The notes: a model not told the origin generated them from the letters alone. Shown: positions 14,801-28,891, counted from the whole stretch's first letter. The stretch: 63,261 nucleotides of DNA, filler included, from Octopus bimaculoides (GCF_001194135.2; 4 parts of 4 records of this genome joined end to end with filler, not necessarily neighbours in it), one strand, 5' to 3'. Numbers and translations are program-made.

Positions 14801-14983
14801 GATTGCGCATTCACAGCAAACAAGGCAGAGGACCAGTCTTTAGATCGTGTAGGTGTATTTTTACCCACTCCGTTGTTTACACTTGGCCAGTTATATGTCA
14901 CTATGAGTAGAGCAACAGACTCCAGTAATTTGAAAATTAGTGTCGACCAAACAGAAAATATCGTCTACAAAGAAGTTTTGTAA
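14801..14983 (+). mobile_element. Helitron-type PIF1 helicase C-terminal relic
   Basis: CAFTANKAEDQSLDRVGVFLPTPLFTLGQLYVTMSRA...NLKI...ENIVYKEVL* matches the Helitron AFAMTINKSQGQ.L..VG..L..PVFSHGQLYVA.SR...NIVY.EVL end. Confidence 0.85.
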
Positions 14984-15097
14984 TCATATTGATATTATCG
15001 AAAGGAATATGATTCAAAATTTAAATAAGGAAATTTGTAAACTTTGAATGTATAAGAGTATAAACAAGAGTGTAAACAACTAAAATAAAAGTATATC

Positions 15098-15197
15098 NNN
15101 NNNNNNNNNNNNNNNNNNNNNNNNNNNNNNNNNNNNNNNNNTTAATTAATTAANNNNNNNNNNNNNNNNNNNNNNNNNNNNNNNNNNNNNNNNNNNN
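15098..15197. other. Artificial scaffold/contig join spacer
   Basis: 44 N + TTAATTAATTAA (15142-15153) + 44 N; identical design at 28892 and 59452. Confidence 0.95.
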
Positions 15198-15352
15198 TAT
15201 GTCCCCGTGACTTAGCAGTTCAGCAAAACAGGCTGATAGAATAAGAACTTGGCTTACAAAGAATAAGTCCTGGTGTCGATTTCTTCAGCTGAAACCCTTT
15301 AAGGCGGTACTCCAGCATGGCTGCAGTCAAATGACTGGAACAAGTAAAAGAA
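15198..15352 (+). mobile_element. SINE family A, 3' tail
   Basis: ...gcagtcaaatgactggaacaagtaaaag matches other copies. Confidence 0.85.
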
Positions 15353-15474
15353 AAAAAGAACCTATTATACTGGGTAAGAATAGAAATTGCTATTTTCATG
15401 CATACGTACATACAAAAATGATGTACGCCTGTGTATTGATGTATGTGCGTATACATGACAACACACCCCTTCAC

Positions 15475-15522
<48 letters not shown>

Positions 15523-16822
15523 TGCTTTCTCTCTTTCTCTCTCTTTCACACACATACATCCATTTCCTATACATGTACTTACATCTTTCACTTTCTCTTC
15601 TATTTCACTTTAAAACAAAATTAAATAAATAACATTTTTTTACAGAAATTGACAGTTCTGAGAGTCAAAGCGAAAGATCGCCATTCACTTGAAAATAATA
15701 ATTAAAAAAATATTAAAATATTGTCTGTTTATAGAAAGCTAAAATATAGATACTTACTGTACAAACAACTTACATTTATGAAATCACATTCAGTTACAAA
15801 TATTTCTAAATGATTAAAATATTGTGTACGTCAAAAAGTCGACGTTTTTACCTTTTTTCATAGAAAGCTCCAAGACCATGTGTGCGTATATGTCACAGAT
15901 AGCGGACGTGCGTTTGTGTTGATTGACATGCCACGGAAGCTCTGGTTTGTTTTTTTTTTTGTCAAGAAATAACAAACAAAAATTGTGTTTACTCGTTTAC
16001 ATTAATAAATAGAGGTCCAAATATCACAAAAGAAAATTGTTCTGCACTACAGAATGTAAGTATGAAAATAAATATGCAAAAAAATAAATAAAGATAAAAT
16101 NNNNNNNNNNNNNNNNNNNNNNNNNNNNNNNNNNNNNNNNNNNNNNNNNNNNNNNNNNNNNNNNNNNNNNNNNNNNNNNNNNNNNNNNNNNNNNNNNNNN
16201 NNNNNNNNNNNNNNNNNNNNNNNNNNNNNNNNNNNNNNNNNNNNNNNNNNNNNNNNNNNNNNNNNNNNNNNNNNNNNNNNNNNNNNNNNNNNNNNNNNNN
16301 NNNNNNNNNNNNNNNNNNNNNNNNNNNNNNNNNNNNNNNNNNNNNNNNNNNNNNNNNNNNNNNNNNNNNNNNNNNNNNNNNNNNNNNNNNNNNNNNNNNN
16401 NNNNNNNNNNNNNNNNNNNNNNNNNNNNNNNNNNNNNNNNNNNNNNNNNNNNNNNNNNNNNNNNNNNNNNNNNNNNNNNNNNNNNNNNNNNNNNNNNNNN
16501 NNNNNNNNNNNNNNNNNNNNNNNNNNNNNNNNNNNNNNNNNNNNNNNNNNNNNNNNNNNNNNNNNNNNNNNNNNNNNNNNNNNNNNNNNNNNNNNNNNNN
16601 NNNNNNNNNNNNNNNNNNNNNNNNNNNNNNNNNNNNNNNNNNNNNNNNNNNNNNNNNNNNNNNNNNNNNNNNNNNNNNNNNNNNNNNNNNNNNNNNNNNN
16701 NNNNNNNNNNNNNNNNNTATATATATATATATATATATAAACAATTGCAGCGTGATATATATATAATATATATATACATATAAAATATATACATACATAT
16801 AAAATATATACGTACATATAAA

Positions 16823-16860
<38 letters not shown>

Positions 16861-18044
16861 GAGTACTGGGTGTATATATGTATAATTTGCTCGACAAAAT
16901 ATTAACTGTGAGAGAGGGAATGGGCAATGTAAAAGGAAGAATGAGGAGGAGAAGGAAGTGGTTAGAGGCGTGGTGGTCTTAGATGGAAGAGAAACGAATT
17001 GCTGGTAAACAAACCCTATATTTGAAAGTAGACAAACGTTATGTTGTGTTTATTATATTGGCCGATGGAGTGGGGAGAAGGGGCCAGCTTATATTTATGC
17101 TATTAATCAAAAACTGTGCTGACATGACTAAATCCCTCATCAAACACAACCCTTGCCGACCAACTCTCAACAGCCGCTTATTTAGAGTCCCTCATCAATA
17201 CTAATCTTCAAGTTCCCGCCACAATTTTCTGCTCAATGATTTGACAAAACCGTCTTTTTATTTTCATTTATTTTTTATTTTTGCAAGCAACTTTTTTTTC
17301 TCCTTATTTAAAAGCAGAGCAAAGTGTTCCTGAATAGCAGGAACAATAGAGCAGTAGAGTATCAAACAGACTAATATTTCGTGTCGACTTTGCTTTTCAT
17401 TCCTTTGTAGTGGGATACACATGCGTGGTTAATCAGCAGAATCGTTAAAGCATTTGACAAAAACTATTTTGCAGTATTTGTTTAGATTCCTTACATTCTG
17501 AGTTCAAATCCTGCAAAGTTAAGATATGTCTCTCATCATTCCGGAGTTGATAAAGTAACAGTCAAAGAAGGCAAGACTTAAGCAACGTTTATAGATACGA
17601 TTGAAGTATGAAGAAAATTATATCGGAAAATTGTTTATGGTTGTTATTATTTCAGCTTGGTGTGGGAAAGAAATAATGAGGAACTGGTTCCATCTTGGAT
17701 TAAAAGCATTGTTTTCATTATAGATTAACAATGGCTGCCTGATAGAAGGAATGCCAGTCGTGAGATGAAATTTCTGCACAAGAAGTTCTCTTCCAGTGTT
17801 TGCAGATATCACGGAACAATAGAAGTTAAATCTCAACACGTAACAAGCAGTAATAATCAGTCAAAAGTAAATTCGTAGATTGATTTCGAAATACTCGCGC
17901 AAAACGAGTAAGCAATAACATTTAGAAATAATCTTGAAAATTTGGTAAATCAAAACACCGTTCCTATCATAGGTTCGCACAAAATTCATTAAAAACCACA
18001 TACTTCTCACAAAAGTACACAAAAATGAAATTACTAAATACGAC

Positions 18045-19400
18045 AGAAAATATCTGAACGTTCTACATTACAACACTAATAGTATTAAAAACACGTTCCT
18101 GGAACTTGTGTTAATGCATACATAATAAATCAAGAAACGTTCCTAACGCTACAAGACAACATACATTATACACGGTTTAGTCTAACAGCACATTTTGGCT
18201 GAGGTGATGGTGTTATATCTTACAGAAAATATTGCATTCATTATAAAAATATCCCAAACGATATGTGCGAACTAGCGGGGTGCGACACTACACTAGAGCT
18301 ACAGGCTTTCTAAACAAGAACAAGACAAACACCGGCAACATACAGCACCTCCCCTGACATCACCAACTGTTTTGCCGAGCTCCATATCACAACTTTAACA
18401 CTTTAATACTCAGAAAATTCATTCTACCTTTGGAGAAGACTTTTACGCTCTCACCACAGTCTGGCTTTCAAATTATACAAAAGACCAGAGGTGGAAATAT
18501 CTTCACAGCTGGAATCCTCCTCATCCCACCAAGTATTTTCTATTTTATCTTCGTCTGACACCACTCTCTGCTCCGCACAAGCAATTCACCAACTTTCTAT
18601 GAACCTTCTACCATTAATAATTATAACCACCTCCACATCAATGCAGAAAATTGAAAACGCTTTCACAAACTGAGTCACACTGAGAAACAAAATCAAACTT
18701 TACAGAATTCAACACCACAAGACACCGCCTTACATAGGCTCAATAAAATACTTATAGATACATCTACAGAATATATTTTCTATCAGACGACAACATAAAA
18801 TTTACAACCTCAATTGCATTCCAGAAATTGCTAAACTCCTTAAAACAAGGGACGACTTCAAACTCAGTTCACCAAAATCACATTAACAGAAATGAAACCT
18901 AGTATCAAACAACTAAAGATGGAAATAAACAAAATAACAATAGTGAAAAAGGAGAAAAGTAACCAACATTTATACCTAACATAAATAACAAAGCTAACAG
19001 TAAAACTCTAAGTAATTAGCAGCAGCAACAACAACAATTATACCACACCCGTCGTCCTAATAACAACTTCAAATGATATAACCACACTATAACAGCGAGT
19101 TAACGCCCTTATTAAATATTTCTCAAAAATCAACCACCAAAAAGCCACACGATGAAGATAGGAACACAAAACAAAAGATGTATACATTCCACCTAGACCA
19201 CAATTTTGATCCCTTCGTTCCATTAAAGACAGTAAATACAATACAGAAATCCCAAAATTCGAGACCAAATAAAATACAAAATATACACCTAAAACATCTA
19301 TAGCATGATAGAATCCCCCTACTCACCAACGGAGGCAATAATTGATGCGACAAAGTCAAAATTATAGCCATTCTAAAGCATGGGTCAGGCATGGGTAACC
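18045..19400 (+). mobile_element. Old APE-endonuclease LINE ORF2 relic (5' part)
   Basis: YLNVLHYNTNSIKN; INQETFL; G*GDGVISY; FGEDFYALTTVWLS..RWKYLHSW resemble APE motifs (HWNANSI, IQET, RGGGV, GGDFNAHH..W). The extent beyond ~18700 is inferred from composition. Confidence 0.55.
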
Positions 19401-19647
19401 TTTTTCGACGTATCTTGTCGTGAATTGCTCGAAATATGGAGTAGAAAAACAGCCGACGGCTGATAAAGGGTCGTTCTTTATGTTGCTTGTCTTGTTTTCC
19501 ATTTGTTTCTTTCGTCGTTCGCAAAAAATGTTCGTATTTCATGTTGTTTACGTTCTTTGACGTCCTGTACCCATATATGCATATGTATATACATATATAT
19601 GTAAGTATGTACATATATGTATGTATATATATATACATATATATATA

Positions 19648-19692
<45 letters not shown>

Positions 19693-20204
19693 TATATATA
19701 TATATATATATATNNNNNNNNNNNNNNNNNNNNNNNNNNNNNNNNNNNNNNNNNNNNNNNNNNNNNNNNNNNNNNNNNNNNNNNNNNNNNNNNNNNNNNN
19801 NNNNNNNNNNNNNNNNNNNNNNNNNNNNNNNNNNNNNNNNNNNNNNNNNNNNNNNNNNNNNNNNNNNNNNNNNNNNNNNNNNNNNNNNNNNNNNNNNNNN
19901 NNNNNNNNNNNNNNNNNNNNNNNNNNNNNNNNNNNNNNNNNNNNNNNNNNNNNNNNNNNNNNNNNNNNNNNNNNNNNNNNNNNNNNNNNNNNNNNNNNNN
20001 NNNNNNNNNNNNNNNNNNNNNNNNNNNNNNNNNNNNNNNNNNNNNNNNNNNNNNNNNNNNNNNNNNNNNNNNNNNNNNNNNNNNNNNNNNNNNNNNNNNN
20101 NNNNNNNNNNNNNNNNNNNNNNNNNNNNNNNNNNNNNNNNNNNNNNNNNNNNNNNNNNNNNNNNNNNNNNNNNNNNNNNNNNNNNNNNNNNNNNNNNNNN
20201 NNNN

Positions 20205-20247
<43 letters not shown>

Positions 20248-20248
<1 letters not shown>

Positions 20249-20537
20249 ATAACTGTCGTTTACGACGCGGGTTCCAGTTGAGCGGATCAACGGAACAGCT
20301 TGCTCGTGAGATTAACGTGCAAGTGGCTGAGCACTCCACAGACACGCGTACCCCTCACAGAGTGTGACAAGGCTGGCCCCTTGAAATATAGGTACTACTC
20401 ATTTTTGCCAGTTGAGTGAACTGGAACCCTGTGAAATAAAGTGTCTTGCTCAAGGACACAACGCACCGCTGGAAATCGAACTCGCGACCCTATGATCGCA
20501 AGCCAAATATCCTAACTACTACGCCACGCTTCTTCAC
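20248..20537 (-). mobile_element. tRNA-derived SINE family E
   Basis: Minus strand head with GAGTTCGATTTC B-box-like motif and CCTTGAGCAAGACACTT core; matches 35360-35688. Confidence 0.85.
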
Positions 20538-21750
20538 GTATGTATGTATGTATGTATGTGTGTGTGTATTTATGTATGTATAATTTCACACACATTCTCC
20601 TCTACTGATTAAATAATCGCTGTCTTTTCTTTAGTATCATGTCAGTTTTGGAGAAATTCTTGATTCCTGAGATTATCTCCCCTTCTCATTTGGAGTTTGT
20701 ACTAATTACTACCAATACATTGGTCCACCTTCTCTAGAATATCAATAAATCAAGAATTTATCTTACATGTTAGTACACGGGTACTAGCGGGGCCCGGGAA
20801 TATTTCAAGGAATTAATGGTAAACCTATTGGGTTATTTCTGAAAACTTTATCCAAAAAACCTGAAAGCGTATCCTGTGTTGTGTCTGTATGGAACGATAG
20901 TCGCTCATCTGCTACTCATTGAAAAGTGAAAGAAATTGGAATACGATGAGTAATTAATACTCTTTATATATACACTTTTTATACTTTATGCACAATTTTA
21001 TAGACTTAATACACAGTACTCATAAAATAAATGTTCACTCTTATTTTTCCATTTTTCCTATAAACAAAAAAAATATCCTGTACATATGATACAACCTTTA
21101 GTTAAAATACATATATCTGTCACGTAAATATGCGTGAATGTTTCAAGGAATTGCACTTATGCGCATGCGTTAAGTGATAGGTGATATTAAAAAGATTCAA
21201 TCTAAAAAATATAGACTTTTCAATCACCACCACCATCGCGTCCACCACCACCTNNNNNNNNNNNNNNNNNNNNNNNNNNNNNNNNNNNNNNNNNNNNNNN
21301 NNNNNNNNNNNNNNNNNNNNNNNNNNNNNNNNNNNNNNNNNNNNNNNNNNNNNNNNNNNNNNNNNNNNNNNNNNNNNNNNNNNNNNNNNNNNNNNNNNNN
21401 NNNNNNNNNNNNNNNNNNNNNNNNNNNNNNNNNNNNNNNNNNNNNNNNNNNNNNNNNNNNNNNNNNNNNNNNNNNNNNNNNNNNNNNNNNNNNNNNNNNN
21501 NNNNNNNNNNNNNNNNNNNNNNNNNNNNNNNNNNNNNNNNNNNNNNNNNNNNNNNNNNNNNNNNNNNNNNNNNNNNNNNNNNNNNNNNNNNNNNNNNNNN
21601 NNNNNNNNNNNNNNNNNNNNNNNNNNNNNNNNNNNNNNNNNNNNNNNNNNNNNNNNNNNNNNNNNNNNNNNNNNNNNNNNNNNNNNNNNNNNNNNNNNNN
21701 NNNNNNNNNNNNNNNNNNNNNNNNNNNNNNNNNNNNNNNNNNNNNNNNNN

Positions 21751-21805
<55 letters not shown>

Positions 21806-22659
21806 TATATACATTCATACATACAAATATGTGTGTGTATCTATGTATATACACATATATATACATGTTAAACTATATTAATTGAAAGTGGAAATTATAT
21901 AGTTGTTAATCTCTTACCAACAGTGGATAATTATGCGTTGTGCCAAAGGCATATAAGCGGTGAGCATCCCACCATTTATTCAGACCAAACATTTAATATC
22001 AAAGCCTATATTAACTAGAATAAAAAAGAAAAAAAAACGGTTGGACGCGATTTTAATAGAGACTTGGTTACAATTTCTACCATATATTTTGACCGCGTAG
22101 AAGCTCCCATACTGGATAAAAATTGTGTTTTCTGTCTCATAAGCTGTGTTGAAAGAGTAGCCAGATTTCAAAATCTGGGTTGAAGGTACACCAACCGTAA
22201 CCATCCCGTCGTTTATTCAGGCCAGACATGGGGAATTTGAGACTACATTAGCCAAGGTGTACTTTAAGAAAATGGCTGTATGCAATTTGATGGAAATTTG
22301 GGTGCTATTTCTAGCATCTATTTCGACCGTATAGAGGTTCCCGTATTAGATCAAAATTATATTGTATGCGTGTTCAAAGACGAGCCAGAGTTCAAAATCT
22401 GGGTTGGATATAATTGATAGGTTATATTGAGGAGAAGGAATTGAATAGCAATGAAAAGAGTGGAGACACTTGTATTTGCTGCGGGTAAATGTCGACTGTT
22501 GACTTTAATAACTTCTCAAATAATTTCACTATACGCAGATAAACTCATAATAGAGTTGACTGTTTTTGAAAGAAAATACATCTGTCTGTCACACTCTCTC
22601 TCACCTACCCTTTCACCCCACCCTCTCTCTCTAGTCTATATGTGTGTCTGTGTGTAAAT

Positions 22660-24175
22660 AGGGAACAGCTTTTCGTTCAAACATGTTATATTTAAAACAC
22701 GACTGCGTTCGAGTAACATTTATTTCGTCAATGATTTTTCCATATTTCCTTGTTAGTCCTTTTAGATTGGGACAATAACGTTCTTCCTTTTACTAGTCCA
22801 TTAACGTTTCAAGACTTTCTCGGCGTCTTTATCTGAACGAAGTGATGATGAAACGGACATGTTGTTCAAGCACTTTGCAAATGATCGTGGGAATATTGTT
22901 ATAATTGATTCAATAATCAATGTTATAATTGATACAATAATCAATACCGGATTTAAAAATTATAGACTGCTGAAGTCCAAGTATTCATGGATTATTTTAT
23001 TTGCGTCTGTTTTCGGTTCTATTTCACTATTATTAATAAAGCTTCTTTAGTTTTCGTCTGATTTTTATGAAATTATTAATATAAAATTGCTACGCTGTCA
23101 GCTAGTATTTTCTTATGATATTTCATTTCGTGTATTGTTTAATTATTTAAGTAAGTTCGAGTAAACTTGGAACTGTTTAATGGAAAAATGTATTCTGAGC
23201 TGCTTAGTATACATTGTTTTATATAATGAGCTGCATTTTATAATGAGTTATCGCACTTGTGTGCTTAATGAAGTGTCGTACTTGTGTGCTTAATGTAAAC
23301 GTTTGAGTTATGAACTTTACAATTTTCATGGTTACATGATTACATTGGAATTTATACATTACATTGGTTGTCTGATGTACGTTCTACGGTTTATTAGTTT
23401 GTAGTTTCGAGATGTGGAGTTTTTTTTTTTTTGTGGTGTTATTGTAATATATGTTAACTATTGTCTGTGGTTAGGTTATTGCTTTTTCTTTCCGTTTTGT
23501 TAATATGTTAAGGAAAAATTAAAATTGGCCCACTTTGTAACCAATGAGCATTGGGTTATTTTGAAAAATGATAACGCATGGTTTGTATATTTTTACTCGG
23601 CGTTGCATCTATTTGTATGGAGCTAGATGAATTCGGTTTTATATATTTTGTATAGCGTGGATAATTTATTATAGTATTCGTTATCAACTAATGATTGTTT
23701 TGCATGTAAGATTTACTAATTTAAAGCTTCTTAATTGGACGCAAATATAAAAACTCATCTTAGGAGGGATTTGATTACAAATAATTTGTATCAACCAGGA
23801 TTCTACTATCACCGTACACGTATAGACATCTTTTAGTTTTGTGTGTATACTAAGTAGCTGCATGTTTTGCTCCTTATTACTACAGCTATATCTAAAACTT
23901 GAGTGCGACTTTATTCTTGAGCTATATTGGTTAGAGCTATTTTTCATATCATCTTTACAGATGCGAAAGCACAGATCTGCCAATTTATTTCTGTCATAAT
24001 ATGGGACAATCTTTAAAACTTAAAACAACAATATCGTATGAAGCATTTAACTGAGAATTATTTACATCTGTTGTGCCAGGGGTAATAATTTTTAGACCTT
24101 GATTTTTTATATCTCTGTAACAAAGAATATAAATATGGCGTTTTGAAGAATACATTTATCAATGAATACAATGAT
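22660..24175 (-). mobile_element. Possible very old APE-type LINE relic
   Basis: Minus-strand patches GLKIIT..DVNN.QL...YDIVVLS and N.EIWK.I are weakly APE-LINE-like; heavily disrupted. Confidence 0.3.
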
Positions 24176-24814
24176 TTTTTTTTTTTTTTTTTTTTGTGAA
24201 ATTGGATACGAACCAAGTCGGCTGCTACTCGGGTGTCCATCAGTAGGACACACAGAAACATACGCATACGCGTGCGCACACCTGTACACGAGCACATATA
24301 TAATATTTATATAAGTAAATATATATAATATGCACACATAAATATATATATACAGTTATATATATATATACAAGCATGTAGACAGATATGCATATATATA
24401 TATATATACACACACACTCACATATATATATACATTCATACATACATATTCATATACATATATATGTACATGTATATGTGTGTATGTATGTGTATATGTA
24501 TGAGTAAATGAACATTGCATACATATATATAACATTGCATAGATATACTTTCATACACAGTCGGTAGAGATATCTGTTATACAATACTGCTAACAAAGCT
24601 CCAATGTCAATATGTTTGCTTTACACTTAAATACATTTTGAGTTTTGAGAATTGTTTAACATTTCTTATCGCCGTTTCTTTTTGTTCATTTCTCAAGTCA
24701 CATCGTCTCTTTTCCTTTTTCTATACTTTCCCTACTTTTCTCCTCCTCCACTCCTCATCTCCTCCTCCACTCCTCATCTCCTCTTTTTTTCCCCTCTTGT
24801 GATAATAATAATAA

Positions 24815-25030
24815 TCCTTTCTACTATAGGCACAAAGCTTGAAATTTGGGGAACTGGGTAAGTCGATTTCATCGACTCCAGTGTTTCACTGGTACTTAAT
24901 TTATCGACCCTGAAAGGGTGAAAGGCAAAGTCGACCCCGGCGGCATTTGAACTCAGAACGTAAAGACACACAAAATACTGTTAAGCATTTTGACCGGCGT
25001 GTAAACGATTCTGCCAACTCACCGCCTTCC
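24815..25030 (-). mobile_element. SINE family C, full length
   Basis: Matches 13930-14073 and 52116-52333. Confidence 0.9.
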
Positions 25031-25109
25031 AGTGGTAATAATGATAATAATGATAACAGCAGCAAGAAGAAGAATGAGGACAAGAAATGACAACAACAAT
25101 AATTATGAC

Positions 25110-25288
25110 AATTCTTTCTGTTACAGGCACAAGATCTGAAATTTGGTGGTGGGGTGCTGCTCGACTACATCGACCTCAGTACTCACTCAGCTGGTACTTA
25201 TTTCATTGACCCCGAAAGGATGAAAGGCAAAGCCGACCCCGGCGGAATTTGAACTCAGAACGTGAAGACGGACGAAATGCTGCCGAGC
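25110..25288 (-). mobile_element. SINE family C, second tandem copy
   Basis: gaccccgaaaggatgaaaggcaaagccgaccccggcggaatttgaactcagaacg matches the adjacent copy. Confidence 0.85.
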
Positions 25289-25776
25289 AATAATCAGGCA
25301 CTGGCTCTCATGGTTTCTGATATTAACTTATTGTCATGTCTTAATATAAAAGATAGGCTACAGCAAATATTCTGCCAGTTGAGCATGTCCCTTAGTTACT
25401 GACGATATGTGCATCTCTGATCACGAGCAGAATTAGTGGGGAAGCATCATAGCCATGTGTTGAGAGGAATTCTTTGGGGTTTTTGAATAATTCACCTCTG
25501 GAAACATGGGTGTTTCGTTCAACATCCTTAAACAATCATTAATCAGGGACATTTTGAGCGGATTGACTACTCCACATGAAGAAATTTCTAACTGGGCTGC
25601 ACCTGTAAGGTCATGCGCTATTTATCTTGATATGAGATCACTATGTCGCGCACATATGGTTGTGATACATGTGCCTGGTGTACACTTATCAGACGGGTAG
25701 TCACATGATGGGTATATTAGGCTTCGTATATTTGTACCACAGTGTCACTTCCATGGCATGCGCTGCACTCTCGCTC

Positions 25777-25835
<59 letters not shown>

Positions 25836-25837
<2 letters not shown>

Positions 25838-26051
25838 TATTCAGACAAATACATAACAAAAACACCAGGACTTACAAATATATATAACATACAGAAAATT
25901 GCACTACTGGGTACTGCACTCATTCTACACAAAACACTTTCAATACAGTAAACATAAGAGCACCACAGCAAACCACAGCACATACCCAAGGCACACAGAG
26001 CTGCACTCGGTAGTGAAGTGAAAGCACGTTATAAAAATAAAACTACTGAAC
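25836..26051 (+). mobile_element. Dong/R4 LINE extreme 3' fragment (copy G)
   Basis: Near-identical to 13567-13780; ALLGTALILHKTL* then 3' UTR; (AAT)n on both sides. Confidence 0.92.
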
Positions 26052-26093
<42 letters not shown>

Positions 26094-26097
<4 letters not shown>

Positions 26098-27917
26098 CAG
26101 AAGAAGTTAGAAAGTTCTGGAATGATATTTGAGATAAGCCAGTTTATCATAATGAGGATGAAGCATGATTAAAGAAGAGGAGGAAAAGTAGTTAGTGAGA
26201 AGAAACAACTAACTAGTGTATTAAAGAGTAAGGTTTTAGGAAAAATGCCGAATTAGAAGGGCCAGAGTTTAGTTCTAGGGTATCGACTGAAGAAATTTAG
26301 AAACTTACATGGAAGACTGAGAGAACAGCATCAGGATTGCCTGAATGGAAGAGTCATAGCTAACTGAATGACTGGAGGGATACCAGCACTCCTTATGAAA
26401 GACAAAAGCAAGGGCAATATAGCTAGTAGTTATAGACTTGCTTACCATTAGTGTGAAAGTTATTAAGAGGAATGCTCTCAGAAAGCATTTATAAGTACCT
26501 TCACTGCCAGAATTTATTACTAGAAGAACAGAAACGTCGCAGGAAGAAAGCTAAAGGAACGCATGGTTTATTATACATAGAAAAAGCACTTCTAAAAGAA
26601 GTAAAATTTAGAAAGAAAAATTTAATAATGGCATGGGTATATTATAAGAAAGCCTATGACATGATTCAACGGTCTTTGATAAAGAAATGTTTGAGTATAT
26701 TCAGTGTTGAAAACAATATTAGAGATTTAATTAGCTATAGCATGAAGAAATGAAAAGTAGATCTTTACTCAATACAGCTTTAGGGAAAGTTAATATCAAG
26801 AGACAAATTTTTCAGCGAGACTTCGTTATCTCCTTTAATATTCGTGTTATGTTTAATCCCACTCCGTTTAGTATTAAGAAAGGCAAATGAAGGGTATCAG
26901 TTTGACATAGCAAAGAAAAAATTAACCATTTGCTTTACATGGAGGATTTGAAGCTTTTTATAAGAATGAAAAAGAGATAGATTCTTTAATACAAACTATA
27001 AGACTTTTCAGCAAAGATATAGGTATGGACTTTGGCATTGATAACTGTATAATATTAATCATAAACAAGAGACAGATAGTTAGCAGTATAGGCATTCAGT
27101 TGTCAGATGGCCATACGTTAAAATCGTTGAAAGAAGGAGAACGTTATAAGTATCTAAGAGTATTGGAATCAGACAGAGTACTAACTATAGAAATGAAAGA
27201 GAAAGTCAAGGAGTACATCAGAAGGCTAAGTAAGTTAATGAAGTAAAAACTAAATGATCCAAATCTAGTGAAGGCTGTAAATACTTGGACAGTGTCATTA
27301 CTTAGGTATTCAGCAGCTTTTGTAGATTGAACAAAATCTGAATTAGCAAACCTAGGTAGAAGAACTAAGAAAGAATTCAAAATGAATAAAGGACTTCACC
27401 CTAGAACAGGAGTAGCTAGATTATATTTACCTAGAAAGGCAGGTAGTAGAGATTTAATGTCAGCAGAAGACTGTATAGAGTTAGCTAAAGTAGATACAGC
27501 CTCCAATGGAGGTAATAGTGATGAAATTTATCAAGAGCTGCTAGAGTAACAGTAGGAGATACTGAAACCAAAAAGTCAAACCTAGTTAAAAACCAGAAAT
27601 AAAAAAAGAAGAAAAATTATCTCCCTGACAAGAGAAGGCTTTGCATGTTAGATTTCCAAAGATAGAATTACAGAAAATGGGAATATTGAGAAACGGTTGT
27701 GGTTGCAGAAAGGAAGGCTGAAAAAGTAGGCAGAAAATTTGTTAGTAGCCGCGTAGGATCAAGCATTGTGGACTAACTGGATAAAAGCCAAGATAGACAA
27801 AAATCAGATAGATTCCCAGAGTAGGCTATGTAAATCAAAATAAGAAAGTGTTGCTCATTTAGTTAGTGAAACTAGTATGTTGGCACTGAAAGAATACATG
27901 AAAAGACATGACAACCT
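26094..27917 (+). mobile_element. Dong/R4 LINE RT region, degenerate (copy H)
   Basis: AEEVRKFWNDI*; AWVYYKKAYDM; LSPLIF; DIGMDFGIDNC; YKYLRVLE; KRHDN. Confidence 0.88.
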
Positions 27918-27918
27918 A

Positions 27919-28095
27919 TGACAACCGATGGTGGTGTGTTTACGTCCCCGTAACTTAGCGGTTAGCAAAAGAGACCGATACAATAAGTACTAGGCTGCCA
28001 AAGAATAAGTCCTGGGGTCGATTTGCTCGAATAAAGGCGGTGCTCCAGCATGGCCGCAGTCAAATGACTGAAACAAGTAAGATAGTAAGAGAGTA
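27919..28095 (+). mobile_element. SINE family A, 3' half, truncating R4 copy H
   Basis: Matches other family A tails. Confidence 0.9.
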
Positions 28096-28711
28096 ATGAA
28101 ATATTTCGCGTAATATAAGAAAAATGAGTTTAAAATTGTTTGGTATGTGTCACGGCGCCTTTTTGTTTATGTCCGCTCAAACTAACTTTAGAATCTGGCG
28201 GCGCCTCTGACTGTACTCTTGTAAAAAGTATGGAGCCACTGTTTAATTGTATGCTCAACTGTTTTAGATAAAATTAAACATCAATATTTCGTGCATGCGT
28301 GCGTTCGTGCGTGCGTGTGAGCGTGCGGGTATTAGTATGTGTGTGTGCACGCGTGCGTATGTACTTGAATCGATAAATGATTTCTAAAATTAATGTGTAG
28401 GCGGGTGATTATTCACAAGACATAGACCCTTAACGTAATTTTCATATGGTACCAGCGTGACAGTGTGTATGATAAGTCTTGTCTTTTGAATTCCTGGCAT
28501 AATCCACTTGAAGAGATTCTATACTGTTAAAGTCTAGCCAAATTTACCCACAAGGTAACAGGGTGCAGCCAAAGCTAAAGAATATAGCATTTGTCCATGA
28601 TGCAACAAAGTGTGATTGAACGCCGGACATCGTAGCTGCGAAGCGAACATCGTAAGCACAGATTAGGCCGTGTGTGTGTGAGAGAGAGAGAGCGTCCAGC
28701 TACCCACATTA

Positions 28712-28747
<36 letters not shown>

Positions 28748-28891
28748 AGATAACAGGGTAACACCATAAGTGGGAGAGGTCAGGAAGGTAAAGGAATTTG
28801 AGGTATGAGGAGATTTAATTTACGTGATAGATTTAGGAATATAAAAGGTTTATGGATATATAAGTAGATATAAAAGTAAATAGCTATATAA

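Noticed and set aside
28140-28260. GC-rich patch resembling a DNA transposon end (cagtggctcc...ggcgccgcc on the minus strand)
   Set aside because: No partner TIR or TSD found.
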